64,000 nt of DNA. Source: Verrucomicrobiota bacterium. Its GTDB lineage: Bacteria; Verrucomicrobiota; Verrucomicrobiia; Limisphaerales; UBA1319. Below are positions 17,701 to 27,456 of the stretch, in pieces (the first letter of the stretch is position 1; each line of letters starts with the position of its first letter). The DNA lies in assembly GCA_022711435.1 (NCBI GenBank), contig JAKLFB010000015.1, positions 36,626 through 100,625 on the forward strand, given 5' to 3'. Below the pieces are notes generated by a model. That model was not told the origin of the DNA. It saw only the letters and a program-made list of their open reading frames with translations, and did not search any database. Position numbers and translations under genes: made by a program.

Positions 17701-20234
17701 GGCGTCTGGTCGGGATGGCCAGCGGCGGCGAGGTCCAGCGATGGATCTATAACGAGCTGGGCCAACGGATTCGAAGCGAAGCCCCTTCCACCCCGGCCCA
17801 ATTGCTCGCCTACGATCCCGAGGGGCGGCTCGAATCCGAAGCGCTGGATCTGAACCGAAATGGCAAGATCGATTGGGAAGGGCCGGACCGGATCCGGCGA
17901 TGGATCAGCGAGGCCGTCCTGGATGGCGGCCGCCCTGCCTGGCGCACGGAGGTCAGCGAGTGGCATGAAAACGGGAGCCGAGCTCCGACGCTCGTGTCCA
18001 GGGAAATTGCAGCCGCGGATGGGACCGGCTGGCGCATCGAGGAGAGGGAGTCGATCTCGATTGCCAGGATCGAATGGGGCGCGCCCGGCCAGTGGATGCT
18101 GTGGATCGATGGATCCACCGGGATCGAGGAGAATCGATTCGATCAAGGCCGGTGGGTCGAAAGGATCCGCCGAGACGGAACCGGAGCGGCGTTCGAGCAG
18201 GAGTCCGGACGGTATGATCCCTGGGATCGGCTCGAGCAAGTTGTCGATGGCAGTGGCGGGATCCGGAGCTGGATTCGCAACAGCGCCGGCCAGGCCTTCC
18301 AGGAAGCCGTGCAGGGGCCCGGCCGCGTCCCGCTGCTCAGTTGGCAGTGGGATTATGATGGGATGGGACGTGCGACGAGGGCGACAGGGCCGGACGGTGC
18401 CAGCCAGTTCTTGGCCTACCAGGGCCAAGGTCTGGTGAGCCGGCAGTGGGGCCGCGAGCGAGTCGACTTCGAGTATGACGCCCAGGGGCGAATGCGCGGT
18501 TGGACAACCTGGCAATCCGCCGACGCCGGCCAGGCCCGGTCGGCTTTGACATGGGATCCCATCAGCGGGCTGCCCGCCGGCCGATGGGATCCGGATCCTG
18601 CAAGCGGAGAGCCGGCCGGGCCGGGCTTTGCCTATTCCTACGATGCATCAGGACGGTTGACGCGGGTCATCGGGCCTCGAGGAGGAAAGATCGATTACGC
18701 ATACGGCCCAGGAGGCGAGCTGTCTTCGGTCCGATACGGAGGGATCCAAGGGCCCGATGCCGAGTATCGCTACGACCGCGCCGGCTGGCTGATGGCGGTC
18801 GAGCAGGCTGGCTCGCGAATCCAATACGCCTGGGACAGCCAGGGGCGGTTGGCGCGCGAATCCCACCAGGGCGGCCCCCTGGACCAATGCCGAATCGAGT
18901 GGGACTGGCAGGGAGATGATGTGGTTCGCAGACGGCTCTTCCTGGGGGATCAGCTCTGCCAGGCCATCGCGTATGAATACGATACTGCCGGCCGGCTCGC
19001 GGAAATCCGAAGCGGCGACGGCTTGGCGGTGCGCTACACGTATGACCCGGCATCAGGCCGAGTGAGCCAGGCCGCGGGATCGCAGGCCGGGAATCAGGTC
19101 TGGAACAGCCAAAAAGAGTATGACGGGCTGGGGCGGACGGTCCAGATCCAGGCCGGGCCGTGGAAGTGGCAATACGCTTATGACCGGGCAGGCCGTCGAT
19201 CGATGGCGACGGCCGCCGACGGCAGCCGGTGGGAGTATGGATATGATGCCCGGGGCCAGTTGATCCGAGCGGAGCGTTTCTGGGCCGATGGAACGGCCGT
19301 CGCCGGCCAGCGGTTCCAGCATCTTTTCGACGATCTCGGCAATCGGATCGACGGGTATCGAGTCAACCGGCGCAACCAAGTCGAGGGCCGGCAAACAGCG
19401 GCGCTGGTGTCCGTGAGAGGACTGGCGGCGCTGGGATTGCCGGTCTGGGTCAATGGCCAGATGGCCGATCGCCAGGGCGAGTATTTCCACAGCGCCATCG
19501 CCCTTCCCCATGGAGCGTATCCCGAGGTGAAAGTCACCACAGGGACCACGGGACCGGTCTCGATCGGGCGAGTGTATCGGCCGGCCGCTTGGGAGACGTT
19601 CGAGCACGACGCCGAAGGGAACCGGACCCGGGATGGACGGTGGGAGTACGCATGGGATGGCGCAGGCCGTCTGGCAGCGATGCGCGCAAGGGCGGAGGTT
19701 CCCGCCGGCGTGCGCCTGCGGCTCGAGTTCGAGTATGACGCCTTTGGCCGGCGGATTGCCAAGCGTGTCTATCCGTGGGATCCCGCCCAAAACGATTATG
19801 CCCGAGAGCCCCGCCTCGAACGCCGTTGGATCTACGATGGCTGGACCGTGGCGGCCGAGCTGGACGGGACGGGCTCGGTCCTTGCGACTTACGGATGGGG
19901 ACTGGACCGCGATGGGACGATGGGCGGCGGAGCGAGAGGTGCGGGCGGTTTATTGTGGTCCCGGCGCGCGGGGCAGACGTTATGGGCGGCGATGGACGCC
20001 GGCGGCAACGTGGCCGGCTGGGTCCGCGGCGCCGACGCAACCGCGGTGGGGCATCGGGAATACGGGCCATTCGGAGAGCCGATCCGGATCGGCGGCGGCG
20101 CGAACGAATGCTGGGGGTTCAGCACGCAGATCGAGGATGCGGAGACTGGATTCTACTACTACGGGCATCGCTACTACGATCCGGATGCGGGCCGGTGGCT
20201 CAGCGCCGATCCCGCCGGGGAATCGGCCGGGTGA
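14706..20234 (+). CDS. RHS/YD-repeat protein (shell plus RHS repeat-associated core), terminated by an in-frame TGA inside the conserved core tip
   Basis: Signal-like start MKGNKRRGGLAAALIAGLSLGSS. YD repeats YDDQGRLSRV, YDASGRLTRV, YDRAGWLMAV, YDTAGRLAEI, YDGLGRTVQI, YDARGQLIRA, YDAFGRRIAK. Core FSTQIEDAETGFYYYGHRYYDPDAGRWLSADPAGESAG, then TGA at 20232-20234. Confidence 0.9.
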   Translation: MKGNKRRGGLAAALIAGLSLGSSSHELARGAQTHGKLDPCFTCRLEFQTVAVERAKAGWLPFEAADPARPRVFRTRTTTQEDKYQRSYRALAPREGSLCGLERQSQRLIQRVEHWGPDQYRIALDEIEYDGDPKVWPQGDFETIEHGQGARQWKTEVWQGGQAVVTDAGSCAATMAGGQWAPEECGVVRWEADRSDSAVAETAVTWVDLLQRKTAEDEVLGARTHSEVLTQEYTTDELIERLGEDASASSWGTAWEGEGMAALWLSPAQRWAVGQSMRYRFALRTERGGIYRVFWEEVSRFDDGTVESVPRMVQVDGDGKDQVTKVFSVPVPARAGCVTVEGVRVAVVAGGFHGVLDYGGRAPGSGGPSPWEPEGCAGCQGSPTSAPAIGAIPDFGISLGRFNQGRSDGCLWLGCQQPERNWGAPEMFQVVGSPGIEVVEDQDRIQQVRTPEVLVDLEHEGPGRFQWRFFPKAQAGPKTDGRYVGIGEPAVIWQVRTDRDGQNASLEITEIRGAKRWTYKYDYQAESRTWTLLWPEAVRQDSSRLEYGPAERVIWTEVRGRDGQVEYRECRIYRRHEWGEGLAELRQGQGECQRTTRLWYIDGPFAQGSPQPLRNIEYPDGGWERFEYDDQGRLSRVIQPWADADADSSPQECHVWELDYASPSGSGDDPQWASSEPRRVIERVQGIEVGRTYTIHRLGPQDRSIEEIRCPEPGLEWNDPRCLRRLLRSPMDGPGGSIRHEDGTLTQWSERTEGDHRIVESATGRAGGIDGAVDQGIRITYTIDSGGAVVQRSVERVRPQESICLHQEIAVQRDEWGRPTRVESLGGRLLERGYHCCGIEWEKDLAGAQTIYLHDPAHRLVGEVAGSGVVRRVELNAIGQAVAEQVVGTNGVALHSGGWAYDMAGEWIRYTNAWGEAVHRSLSAQEQIIRYPDGSQQREVRYADGRLARIDGTAAFPVRFEYGVERFDGIDRVCEREIRLAADGADTAEVRVRYRDGLGRLVGMASGGEVQRWIYNELGQRIRSEAPSTPAQLLAYDPEGRLESEALDLNRNGKIDWEGPDRIRRWISEAVLDGGRPAWRTEVSEWHENGSRAPTLVSREIAAADGTGWRIEERESISIARIEWGAPGQWMLWIDGSTGIEENRFDQGRWVERIRRDGTGAAFEQESGRYDPWDRLEQVVDGSGGIRSWIRNSAGQAFQEAVQGPGRVPLLSWQWDYDGMGRATRATGPDGASQFLAYQGQGLVSRQWGRERVDFEYDAQGRMRGWTTWQSADAGQARSALTWDPISGLPAGRWDPDPASGEPAGPGFAYSYDASGRLTRVIGPRGGKIDYAYGPGGELSSVRYGGIQGPDAEYRYDRAGWLMAVEQAGSRIQYAWDSQGRLARESHQGGPLDQCRIEWDWQGDDVVRRRLFLGDQLCQAIAYEYDTAGRLAEIRSGDGLAVRYTYDPASGRVSQAAGSQAGNQVWNSQKEYDGLGRTVQIQAGPWKWQYAYDRAGRRSMATAADGSRWEYGYDARGQLIRAERFWADGTAVAGQRFQHLFDDLGNRIDGYRVNRRNQVEGRQTAALVSVRGLAALGLPVWVNGQMADRQGEYFHSAIALPHGAYPEVKVTTGTTGPVSIGRVYRPAAWETFEHDAEGNRTRDGRWEYAWDGAGRLAAMRARAEVPAGVRLRLEFEYDAFGRRIAKRVYPWDPAQNDYAREPRLERRWIYDGWTVAAELDGTGSVLATYGWGLDRDGTMGGGARGAGGLLWSRRAGQTLWAAMDAGGNVAGWVRGADATAVGHREYGPFGEPIRIGGGANECWGFSTQIEDAETGFYYYGHRYYDPDAGRWLSADPAGESAG

Positions 20235-20593
20235 AACCGATACCAAATGGCGGGGAACGACCCGGTCAACCGTGTGGATGTGCGGGGGTTCGGGGCCGAC
20301 GACGAGGATCTGTGGCCAGCCGCAGGCGTCGATGGCGAATACCGGGTGGCGGACCCCTATCGTTATGACGAGGAACTCCAGCGCGAGCACGCATTGATCC
20401 TGTGCGAGGGCCATCGCGTCCTCTGGCAAACCAGCGAGCAAATCGGGCGGGAAACACTCGACTCCGTCAACCTTGCGAGATTCCCGTGTTCCCCTGCAGA
20501 TTTCGAAATCCCGCCCGCTTCCGTCCCTTCGCGGGGGGCGGGTGGGTTCCGAGTGACCGGCGGTGTCGGCCGTGCTACACTGGGAGCATTGAT
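20235..20593 (+). other. Same-frame continuation of the RHS gene after the TGA: the rest of the conserved tip (NRYQMAGNDPVNRVDVRGF) plus a short, unrecognised C-terminal tail
   Basis: 20247-14706 is divisible by 3, so ORF 20247..20738 is in the RHS frame. The sequence aligns position by position with the canonical GGxNLYxYxxNNPVNxxDPxGL tip. The tail runs into trpG, and no immunity-like ORF follows. Confidence 0.6.
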
Positions 20594-21175
<582 letters not shown>

Positions 21176-21225
21176 GCCGATGGGGATAGGGATCCGCCTT
21201 GGGATGTCGGCGGCAGCGCGGGCCC

Positions 21226-22713
21226 TCACCTCGGGGGCGCCGGTGCGATGGGGGGTGCCGCAGGGTTGTTGGTGGCGGCGGGGGCCGCGGAAGGCGCGGG
21301 GAGGTTGAGCCGGGTGCGAAGGCGCGCCTGCATTTCGGCCTCGAGGACGCTGTTGGTTCCGAGGAGCTGGGAGCGGACGTCGCGGCTGATTTCCTCGAGC
21401 GAGACCATGCCGACGCGTTGTTCCTGGCTGGCGGTCTGTTGCTGGTAGCGGCTGAAGACCTTGCGGGCCAGGAGCTGGGAGTTTTGGGCGCGGTCGTCGA
21501 AGCCGGCGGCGAAATCGAGGTAGCTGCTCAGGACGAGGCCTTCGAGGAGGGATCGGATTCGGTCGCGGGAGGTTTCGCCGGCGTCCTCGGCGAGGCGGTC
21601 GAGGGCGTAATCCTCGAGAGTGATCTGGCCGGGGAGAGAGTTGGTGCGATCGAGCAGCTGGCGGTTGGGGTATTTCTGGCCGACGTACTGGAACCACCGG
21701 GCGGCTTCCGAGATGCGGTTGTGGGCGTAGAGGAAATAGACGGCGTCGCGGAGGAAGTTGCGGTGGGCGTTTTGGATGTTGTCGCGGAACTCGGGATCCT
21801 GTTCGAGCATGTCTTCGTAGGCGCGGTTGGCATTATCGACCATCTCGATATTGGGGCCGAAGTCGAGCCGGCCGGTGGCGGACTCGAGGAGGCGTCCGCG
21901 GTGGAAGGCGAGCTGGAGAGACTGGTAGATGACGCGGCGGAGGGTGATGAGCTCCTCGGGTTTGGCGCGGGCCAGGCCGAGCCATGCCCAGTAGATGGCG
22001 TGAGCTTCGGGCAGCCGCCAGTCGAGGGGGCCGTATTTGCGGTCGACCTCCTGCATCACGGCGGGATCGAGGCGGTAGGCCTCGCGCATCTGGCGGCTGG
22101 TCTCGATGGCTTCGGGCGTGGCGGGGTTGATGAGGGCGGCAAAATCGGGGGCGGGCCCGCCGAGGAGCCGGTTCATCTCGGTGGCCCAGGCCTGCTTGAA
22201 GTAGAGGTGGGCGTCGTCGAGGTTCTGGCCCATCTTGTGCTGGAAGAACCAGGCCAGCTCGCGATAGATGAGCGTCTCCTTGGGGTTGTAGCGGAGGCCC
22301 TCGTCGCGCAGGAGGCGGATGCCTTCGCTGACCCAGAACCAGCGGTCGCGGGGGCTGGGGAACTTGATGGAGATATTGTAGGCCATGTTCCACGCCTGGA
22401 CGATCCAGATGGCGGGGATGTGGGGCTCGAGCTTGGTGATCCACTCGGCGAGCTGGGCCATCTCGAAATACTTGCCGGCGTCCTGCATGTCCATGGCGCG
22501 GATCCAGAGGGCGTTGGCGATGAGGCCGCGAAAGCCGCCGAGGGCGACGGTGGTGAACGCGAGGACAGGGGGGGCGTTTTCGAGGGGCTCGATCCGGGTG
22601 AGGCCCAGGTCGGAGCGCGCGCGGTTGAGGCGCTGCTGCGAGAACGCAGCGCAGCCGATGAGGGCCAGGGCGAGCAGCCAGCGCAGGAGTCGATGGAAGC
22701 GGCGCGGGTTCAT
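21226..22713 (-). CDS. Conserved-looking hypothetical, N-terminally membrane-anchored, predominantly helical protein (last gene of the SPFH/ABC/P-ATPase operon)
   Basis: Start MNPRRFHRLLRWLLALALIGCAAF at 22713, overlapping the upstream stop by 4 bp (ATGA). The upstream part of the listed ORF 21226..23241 is Arg/Pro-rich noise. No family recognised. Confidence 0.6.
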   Translation of the reverse strand: MNPRRFHRLLRWLLALALIGCAAFSQQRLNRARSDLGLTRIEPLENAPPVLAFTTVALGGFRGLIANALWIRAMDMQDAGKYFEMAQLAEWITKLEPHIPAIWIVQAWNMAYNISIKFPSPRDRWFWVSEGIRLLRDEGLRYNPKETLIYRELAWFFQHKMGQNLDDAHLYFKQAWATEMNRLLGGPAPDFAALINPATPEAIETSRQMREAYRLDPAVMQEVDRKYGPLDWRLPEAHAIYWAWLGLARAKPEELITLRRVIYQSLQLAFHRGRLLESATGRLDFGPNIEMVDNANRAYEDMLEQDPEFRDNIQNAHRNFLRDAVYFLYAHNRISEAARWFQYVGQKYPNRQLLDRTNSLPGQITLEDYALDRLAEDAGETSRDRIRSLLEGLVLSSYLDFAAGFDDRAQNSQLLARKVFSRYQQQTASQEQRVGMVSLEEISRDVRSQLLGTNSVLEAEMQARLRTRLNLPAPSAAPAATNNPAAPPIAPAPPR

Positions 22714-24107
22714 CCCTGGTTTCCTTGCGCGGCCGCCAGCTCGCGGCGGGTGAACAAGGCGATCCCGCAGGCGGCGAAGAGCCCGCCCATGAGCAGAACG
22801 ATTTGCGCGACGGCTCGGGCGAGCTGGCCCCAGCTGATGCTCCGTCCGGAGCTCAGGAGATCGATGGGCGAGAACCCGCGGACGAGGTTGACCACCTTGA
22901 GCAATCCTCCAAAGGCGGCCAATGCGACGCGGTCGACGATCTGGGGGGTGTCGATGCGGCCGGTATTGGGGTTGACGCCGGTGATGCCGCCCTCCTCGAT
23001 GACCTGGGCCAGCGTGCCGCTGGACATGCCCACGATGAGGAGAGCCACCGATGCGAAGGCGGCGACGGGGAACGAGAGGAAGCTGGCGCAGGCCAGGCCG
23101 ATGGCCGCCAGAAGCGAGATCCAGCAGAAGATGATGCCCAGCCCGCGCAGGAAATTGAGCGTGAACCCGCCCTCGCGGTAGAGCAGCTCGAGGCCGTCCT
23201 CCATGAGGAACAGCAGGTCGACGGCGTTGGGGTTGAGGCATTCGACGGTGATCTGGCCGTCGTCGTCGAAGAGGTTGGGCGGCAGCGCGAACTCATGGAA
23301 GCTGTCGGCGGCGAGGCTGAGCTGCTGGCGCCAGACCTTGGAGGTCTCAGGGACGCCGGCCTGCCAGATCGTCGGATAGGACTTGGGCTCCTCGATGGTC
23401 GACTTGTTGGGGTCGGCGGTGGTGAACTTGACGCGCAGGTAGAGCGGGCGATCAGCCAGGCGATGGCGGGCGAGCCCGAGGTTGAGCGTCCAGCGCTGGA
23501 CGAACCCGCTGCGGACGATCTGGAACTCGGCCTTGACCTGCTCGCGGATCTGGTTGCGGACGAAGGTGCGGTCGACATCGCGCGTGCCGAGCTGGCGCAT
23601 GCGCTCCTGGAAGACCTGCTCGACCACCGGCTCGATATCGGGCAGGGCGGGCCGGATGGAGCTGCGGGCCACGAGCACCTCGTTGCGGAGGACGGCCTGC
23701 TGCTCGGAGCCGAGGTGGCGGGCTCGCCACGTGAGGAGGCCGTAGACGGCTCCGCCGGAGAGCGCCAGCAGGAGGATGTTCAGCCCCATGATGCCGAGCC
23801 ATTTGCCGATCCAGATCTGCCAACGGCCGATGGGTTTGACCACGACCATCTGCAGCTGGCATTCCTCGACCTCGCGGGCCAGGGTGCCGCAGGCAAGCCA
23901 CAGGCTCGTGAAACCCAGCACCGCGGTGATGACCGCGAGCGTGTAGGTCATCAGGATCTGCGTGAACCCGCGGGCGGTGCCGTCGTGGCGGATCAGCAGG
24001 GGCAAGGCGATGACCGTGGCCAGCAGAAGGACCCCCAGGACCAGCACCAGCCGGTAGCGGACCGCTGCCTTGAATGTCAACCGCGCGATGGCCAGGATGC
24101 GGATCAT
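22710..24107 (-). CDS. ABC-2-type permease-like membrane protein with a large central extracytoplasmic domain
   Basis: Start MIRILAIARLTFKAAVRYRLVLVLGVLLLATV at 24107 (CAT 24105-24107), 7 nt after the ATPase stop. Multiple hydrophobic spans at both ends. Confidence 0.65.
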   Translation of the reverse strand: MIRILAIARLTFKAAVRYRLVLVLGVLLLATVIALPLLIRHDGTARGFTQILMTYTLAVITAVLGFTSLWLACGTLAREVEECQLQMVVVKPIGRWQIWIGKWLGIMGLNILLLALSGGAVYGLLTWRARHLGSEQQAVLRNEVLVARSSIRPALPDIEPVVEQVFQERMRQLGTRDVDRTFVRNQIREQVKAEFQIVRSGFVQRWTLNLGLARHRLADRPLYLRVKFTTADPNKSTIEEPKSYPTIWQAGVPETSKVWRQQLSLAADSFHEFALPPNLFDDDGQITVECLNPNAVDLLFLMEDGLELLYREGGFTLNFLRGLGIIFCWISLLAAIGLACASFLSFPVAAFASVALLIVGMSSGTLAQVIEEGGITGVNPNTGRIDTPQIVDRVALAAFGGLLKVVNLVRGFSPIDLLSSGRSISWGQLARAVAQIVLLMGGLFAACGIALFTRRELAAAQGNQG

Positions 24108-24114
24108 ACGGGAC

Positions 24115-25356
24115 TCAACGCGGGCGGGGCTCGGGCGGGCTGTCCGGCCGGGGCTGGGATTTTCCCAGCATCGAAGCCAGCTTCTCGTTGGCCTGAGCAA
24201 GGTCAGGCGCCGGCGCGGGCGCGGCGGCCGGGGCAGCCGGAGCCGGGGAGACCGGCGGCTCGGACCGGGCCAGAGCGGCCAGGCGGGATTCGTCGACAGA
24301 GACAGCGGCGGGTTCGGCGGAAGAGGAGGCGGGCTCGGGGGCGGCGGGCTGGGCGAGCCGCTCGAGGATTTTATGCGCGGGCGGTGTGGCGCCTTCGCCG
24401 GCCAGGTAGGCAGCCACGTGGCTGCCGAAGACGGCGCCGGAGGTTTCCGTTTGGGATTGGCGCGCCTTTTGGACCACGCTCAAGAAATAGCTCTCGAGGT
24501 TCTGGGTGGGGACATCGATGCGGACGCGGTCAGCGGCGGCGTCGCGGCGGATGATATCGAGGACCTGCTGGAGGGTTTCGCGGGGGAGGGCGGGCGTGGT
24601 GATCTGGAGGGAATCGGGGCTGGCGAGGAGCTCGCGGAGCGAGCCCATGGCCTGGATGCGGCCGCCGTAGTAGATGACCACGCGGTCGCAGACGTCCTCG
24701 ACATCGGCGAGCAGGTGGCTGCTGAGAATGACGGTCTTGCCGCGGCGCGCGAGGGCGAGGATGAGGTCTTTGACCTCGCGGCAGCCGATCGGATCGAGGC
24801 CGGAAGTGGGCTCGTCGAGGATGACGAGGTCGGGGTCGTTGATGAGGGCCTGGGCGAGGCCGATCCGGCGCTGCATGCCTTTGGAGAACTCGCCGACGGT
24901 GCGGTGGCGAACCTGGCTGAGGCCGACCATATCGAGGAGCTGCTCGGCGCGGCGGCGGCGCTCCGCGGGGGCCAGGTGGAAGAGGCGGCCGAAGAAATCG
25001 ATCGTCTCGCGCGAGTCGAGGTAGCGGTAGAGGTAGGATTCCTCGGGGAGATATCCGATGCGGGACTTGGTGGCGACGTGCCGGGGCGAATGGCCGAAGA
25101 CCTCGAGATGGCCGCGGGTGGGGTGCAAGAGGCCCAGCAGCAGCTTGACGGTCGTGGATTTCCCCGAGCCGTTGGGCCCGAGCAGGCCGAACACCTCCCC
25201 GGAGCGGATCTCGAAGCTGACATTGTCGACAGCGCGCGCCTTGGGCCGGCCCCAGAAATCCTTGAAGACCTTGGTCAGCCCGCTCACCACGACCACGGCT
25301 TCGCGATCGGCAGGCGGGGAGGAGGCGGGGGCGGGCTGGGTGAGGAGTGCATTCAT
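24115..25356 (-). CDS. ABC transporter ATP-binding protein with a Pro/Ala-rich C-terminal extension
   Basis: Walker A GPNGSGKST, signature FSKGMQRR, Walker B LVILDEPTSGLD. The tail contains APAAPAAAPAPAP. Confidence 0.9.
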   Translation of the reverse strand: MNALLTQPAPASSPPADREAVVVVSGLTKVFKDFWGRPKARAVDNVSFEIRSGEVFGLLGPNGSGKSTTVKLLLGLLHPTRGHLEVFGHSPRHVATKSRIGYLPEESYLYRYLDSRETIDFFGRLFHLAPAERRRRAEQLLDMVGLSQVRHRTVGEFSKGMQRRIGLAQALINDPDLVILDEPTSGLDPIGCREVKDLILALARRGKTVILSSHLLADVEDVCDRVVIYYGGRIQAMGSLRELLASPDSLQITTPALPRETLQQVLDIIRRDAAADRVRIDVPTQNLESYFLSVVQKARQSQTETSGAVFGSHVAAYLAGEGATPPAHKILERLAQPAAPEPASSSAEPAAVSVDESRLAALARSEPPVSPAPAAPAAAPAPAPDLAQANEKLASMLGKSQPRPDSPPEPRPR

Positions 25357-25380
25357 GGCTGGGGCGGGCCGGGTGGCGGA

Positions 25381-27444
25381 TCAGGCGGGCTGCGGCTGCG
25401 GCTCGGCGACGGGGGCGGATCCGGAGGGCGCGGCCGGGGGCGCAGCCGCCGCCGAGCCCCGGAACGGATCGAGGTCTTCGCCCTGGCGGACCAGGCGGGC
25501 GCTGTTGAACACCACGATCAGCGAGCCGACGTTGTGGAGCATGGCGGCGACAATCGGGTGGAGCTTGCCGAACGAGGCGAGCGTGAGGCCGCCGATGATG
25601 AAGAAGACTCCGAAAAGGAAGTTCTGGTTGATGACGGACCGGGTGCTGCGCGAGAGGCGCACCAGGAAGGGGAGGCGGCGGAGGTCGTTGTTCATGAGCG
25701 CGATGGTGGCGCTGTGGATGGCCACCTCGCTGCCGGCGGCGCCCATGGCAATCCCGAGGTCGCCCGCCGCCAGGGCGGGGGCGTCATTGACGCCGTCGCC
25801 GACGACGGCAACGCGGTAGCCGCGGGTCTTCATCTCGCGGACGAACTGGACCTTGTTCTGGGGGAGGCATTCGGCGACGACCTCCTCGCAGCCGATCTCG
25901 CGGGCGACTCGAGTGGCGACCGGCTGGCGGTCGCCGGTGACCATGGCGATGCGGCGGACGCCGCATTCGAGGAGGCTGGCGAGGGCGGGCTTGGCCTCGG
26001 GGCGGATGGCGTCCTGCAGGCCGATCCATCCAATGGGCTTCTGGTTCCGGGCGACGAAGATCAAGCTGAAGCCTTCGGTCTCGTTCAGATCGACATCCCG
26101 CAGCAGGTCTTCGCGCAGGCCGCTGTCGCGCAGCCACTGGGCGCGTCCGACCAGGAGGGTGTCGCCGTTGACCTCGGCGCGGATGCCGCGTCCGGCGGCC
26201 TCGGTGAAGTTGAGGGGGTCGGCGAGCGGCACGCCCGCTTCCTGGGCGAGGCGCTGGAGGGCTTTCGCGGCGGGGTGATTGCTGAATTTCTCGGCGGAGG
26301 CGGCCAGTCGGAGGAGCTCGGCCGGCGTGGTGCCCTCGCGTGGCGCGAGGCGGCTGACGGCCAGGTCGCCCACGGTGAGCGTGCCCGTCTTGTCGAAGAT
26401 GATGGCGTTGATCCGCGCCGCCAGCTCGAGGTCGCCGACATTCTTGATGAGGATCCCGAGCCGGGCGGCGGCCGAGAGGGCGGCCACCATCGCGGTCGGG
26501 CTGGCCAGGATGAACGCGCAGGGGCACGAGACCACCAGGACCGCAATCACGCTGTTGAGGTTCTTGGTGAACGCCCAGACCAGGGCCGCGATCACCAGGA
26601 CCAGCGGCGTGTAGAAATGCATGTACTGGTCAATGATCCGCATCAGGGGGAGCCGGGTCTTCTCCGCGGCCAGGATCAGGTCCCGGACTCGGCCCAGGGT
26701 GGTGTCGTGCCCGGCGCGGGTCACCTTGATCTCGAGCGCGCCGGTGAGATTCTGGGTGCCGGCGAAGACCTCATCGCCGGGCTTCTTGTCGGCGGGGAGC
26801 GACTCGCCGGTGATGGTGGCCTGGTTGATGGAGCCCTGGCCCTGGAGGATGACGCCATCGGCCGCCACGTTGTCGCCCGGGCGAACCCGGATGACGTCGC
26901 CGACGCCCAGCTCGCTGGCCGGGACATCCTCCTCCTGCCCGTTCCGGACGCGGCGCGCCTTGGTGGGGGTGAGCTTGATGAGCGATTCGATCGACGCCCG
27001 GGCGCCGGCGGCGGTGCGGGTCTCGATGATCTCGCCCAGGAGCATGAAGAAAGCCACCACGCCCGCGGTCTGATAATCGCCTCCGGCGAAGGCGGCCAGG
27101 ACGGCGATGCTGACCAGCTCGTTGATGCTGAGGATGCCGCGGCGGAGGTCCCTCCACGAGGTCCAGATGATGGGGGCGCCGAGGATGACGGCGCCGATCA
27201 TGGCGCTGAGGCCCGCGACCATCGCGCCCTTCTCGAACACCCATTGCACCACGAACGAGTTGACGATGAAGATCACTCCGATCAGCGTCTGCGTCAGGTG
27301 GACCTGGATGTGCTCATGCCCGTGGTCATGCCCATGGTCGTGGTCGTGCTGGTGATCGTGATCCTGATCGCATCGGGCCGGGCCGGGGTGGGCGCCGGAG
27401 GGATCGGATGCGGCCGCGCGGCTGAGGAGGGAGGTGACTTGCAT
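25381..27444 (-). CDS. Heavy-metal translocating P1B-type ATPase with a His/Asp-rich N-terminus in place of a recognisable HMA domain
   Basis: SCPCAFILASP (CPC), FDKTGTLT, VTGD, GDGVNDAPAL. N-terminus CDQDHDHQHDHDHGHDHGHEH. Metal specificity not determinable from the sequence alone. Confidence 0.9.
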   Translation of the reverse strand: MQVTSLLSRAAASDPSGAHPGPARCDQDHDHQHDHDHGHDHGHEHIQVHLTQTLIGVIFIVNSFVVQWVFEKGAMVAGLSAMIGAVILGAPIIWTSWRDLRRGILSINELVSIAVLAAFAGGDYQTAGVVAFFMLLGEIIETRTAAGARASIESLIKLTPTKARRVRNGQEEDVPASELGVGDVIRVRPGDNVAADGVILQGQGSINQATITGESLPADKKPGDEVFAGTQNLTGALEIKVTRAGHDTTLGRVRDLILAAEKTRLPLMRIIDQYMHFYTPLVLVIAALVWAFTKNLNSVIAVLVVSCPCAFILASPTAMVAALSAAARLGILIKNVGDLELAARINAIIFDKTGTLTVGDLAVSRLAPREGTTPAELLRLAASAEKFSNHPAAKALQRLAQEAGVPLADPLNFTEAAGRGIRAEVNGDTLLVGRAQWLRDSGLREDLLRDVDLNETEGFSLIFVARNQKPIGWIGLQDAIRPEAKPALASLLECGVRRIAMVTGDRQPVATRVAREIGCEEVVAECLPQNKVQFVREMKTRGYRVAVVGDGVNDAPALAAGDLGIAMGAAGSEVAIHSATIALMNNDLRRLPFLVRLSRSTRSVINQNFLFGVFFIIGGLTLASFGKLHPIVAAMLHNVGSLIVVFNSARLVRQGEDLDPFRGSAAAAPPAAPSGSAPVAEPQPQPA

Positions 27445-27456
27445 GGCGGTCGGTGG

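Noticed and set aside
15390-18515. 1,041-aa ORF antisense to the RHS gene
   Set aside because: Shadow ORF. The plus frame carries canonical YD repeats and the RHS core.
20232-20234. Possibility that TGA is recoded (Trp/Gly genome-wide, or selenocysteine here)
   Set aside because: TGA functions as the terminator in several coupled ATGA junctions (9264-9267, 40614-17, 48817-20, 51944-47). I saw no convincing SECIS-like hairpin within ~40 nt downstream. Neighbouring conserved tip residues are also degraded, which favours a nonsense mutation.
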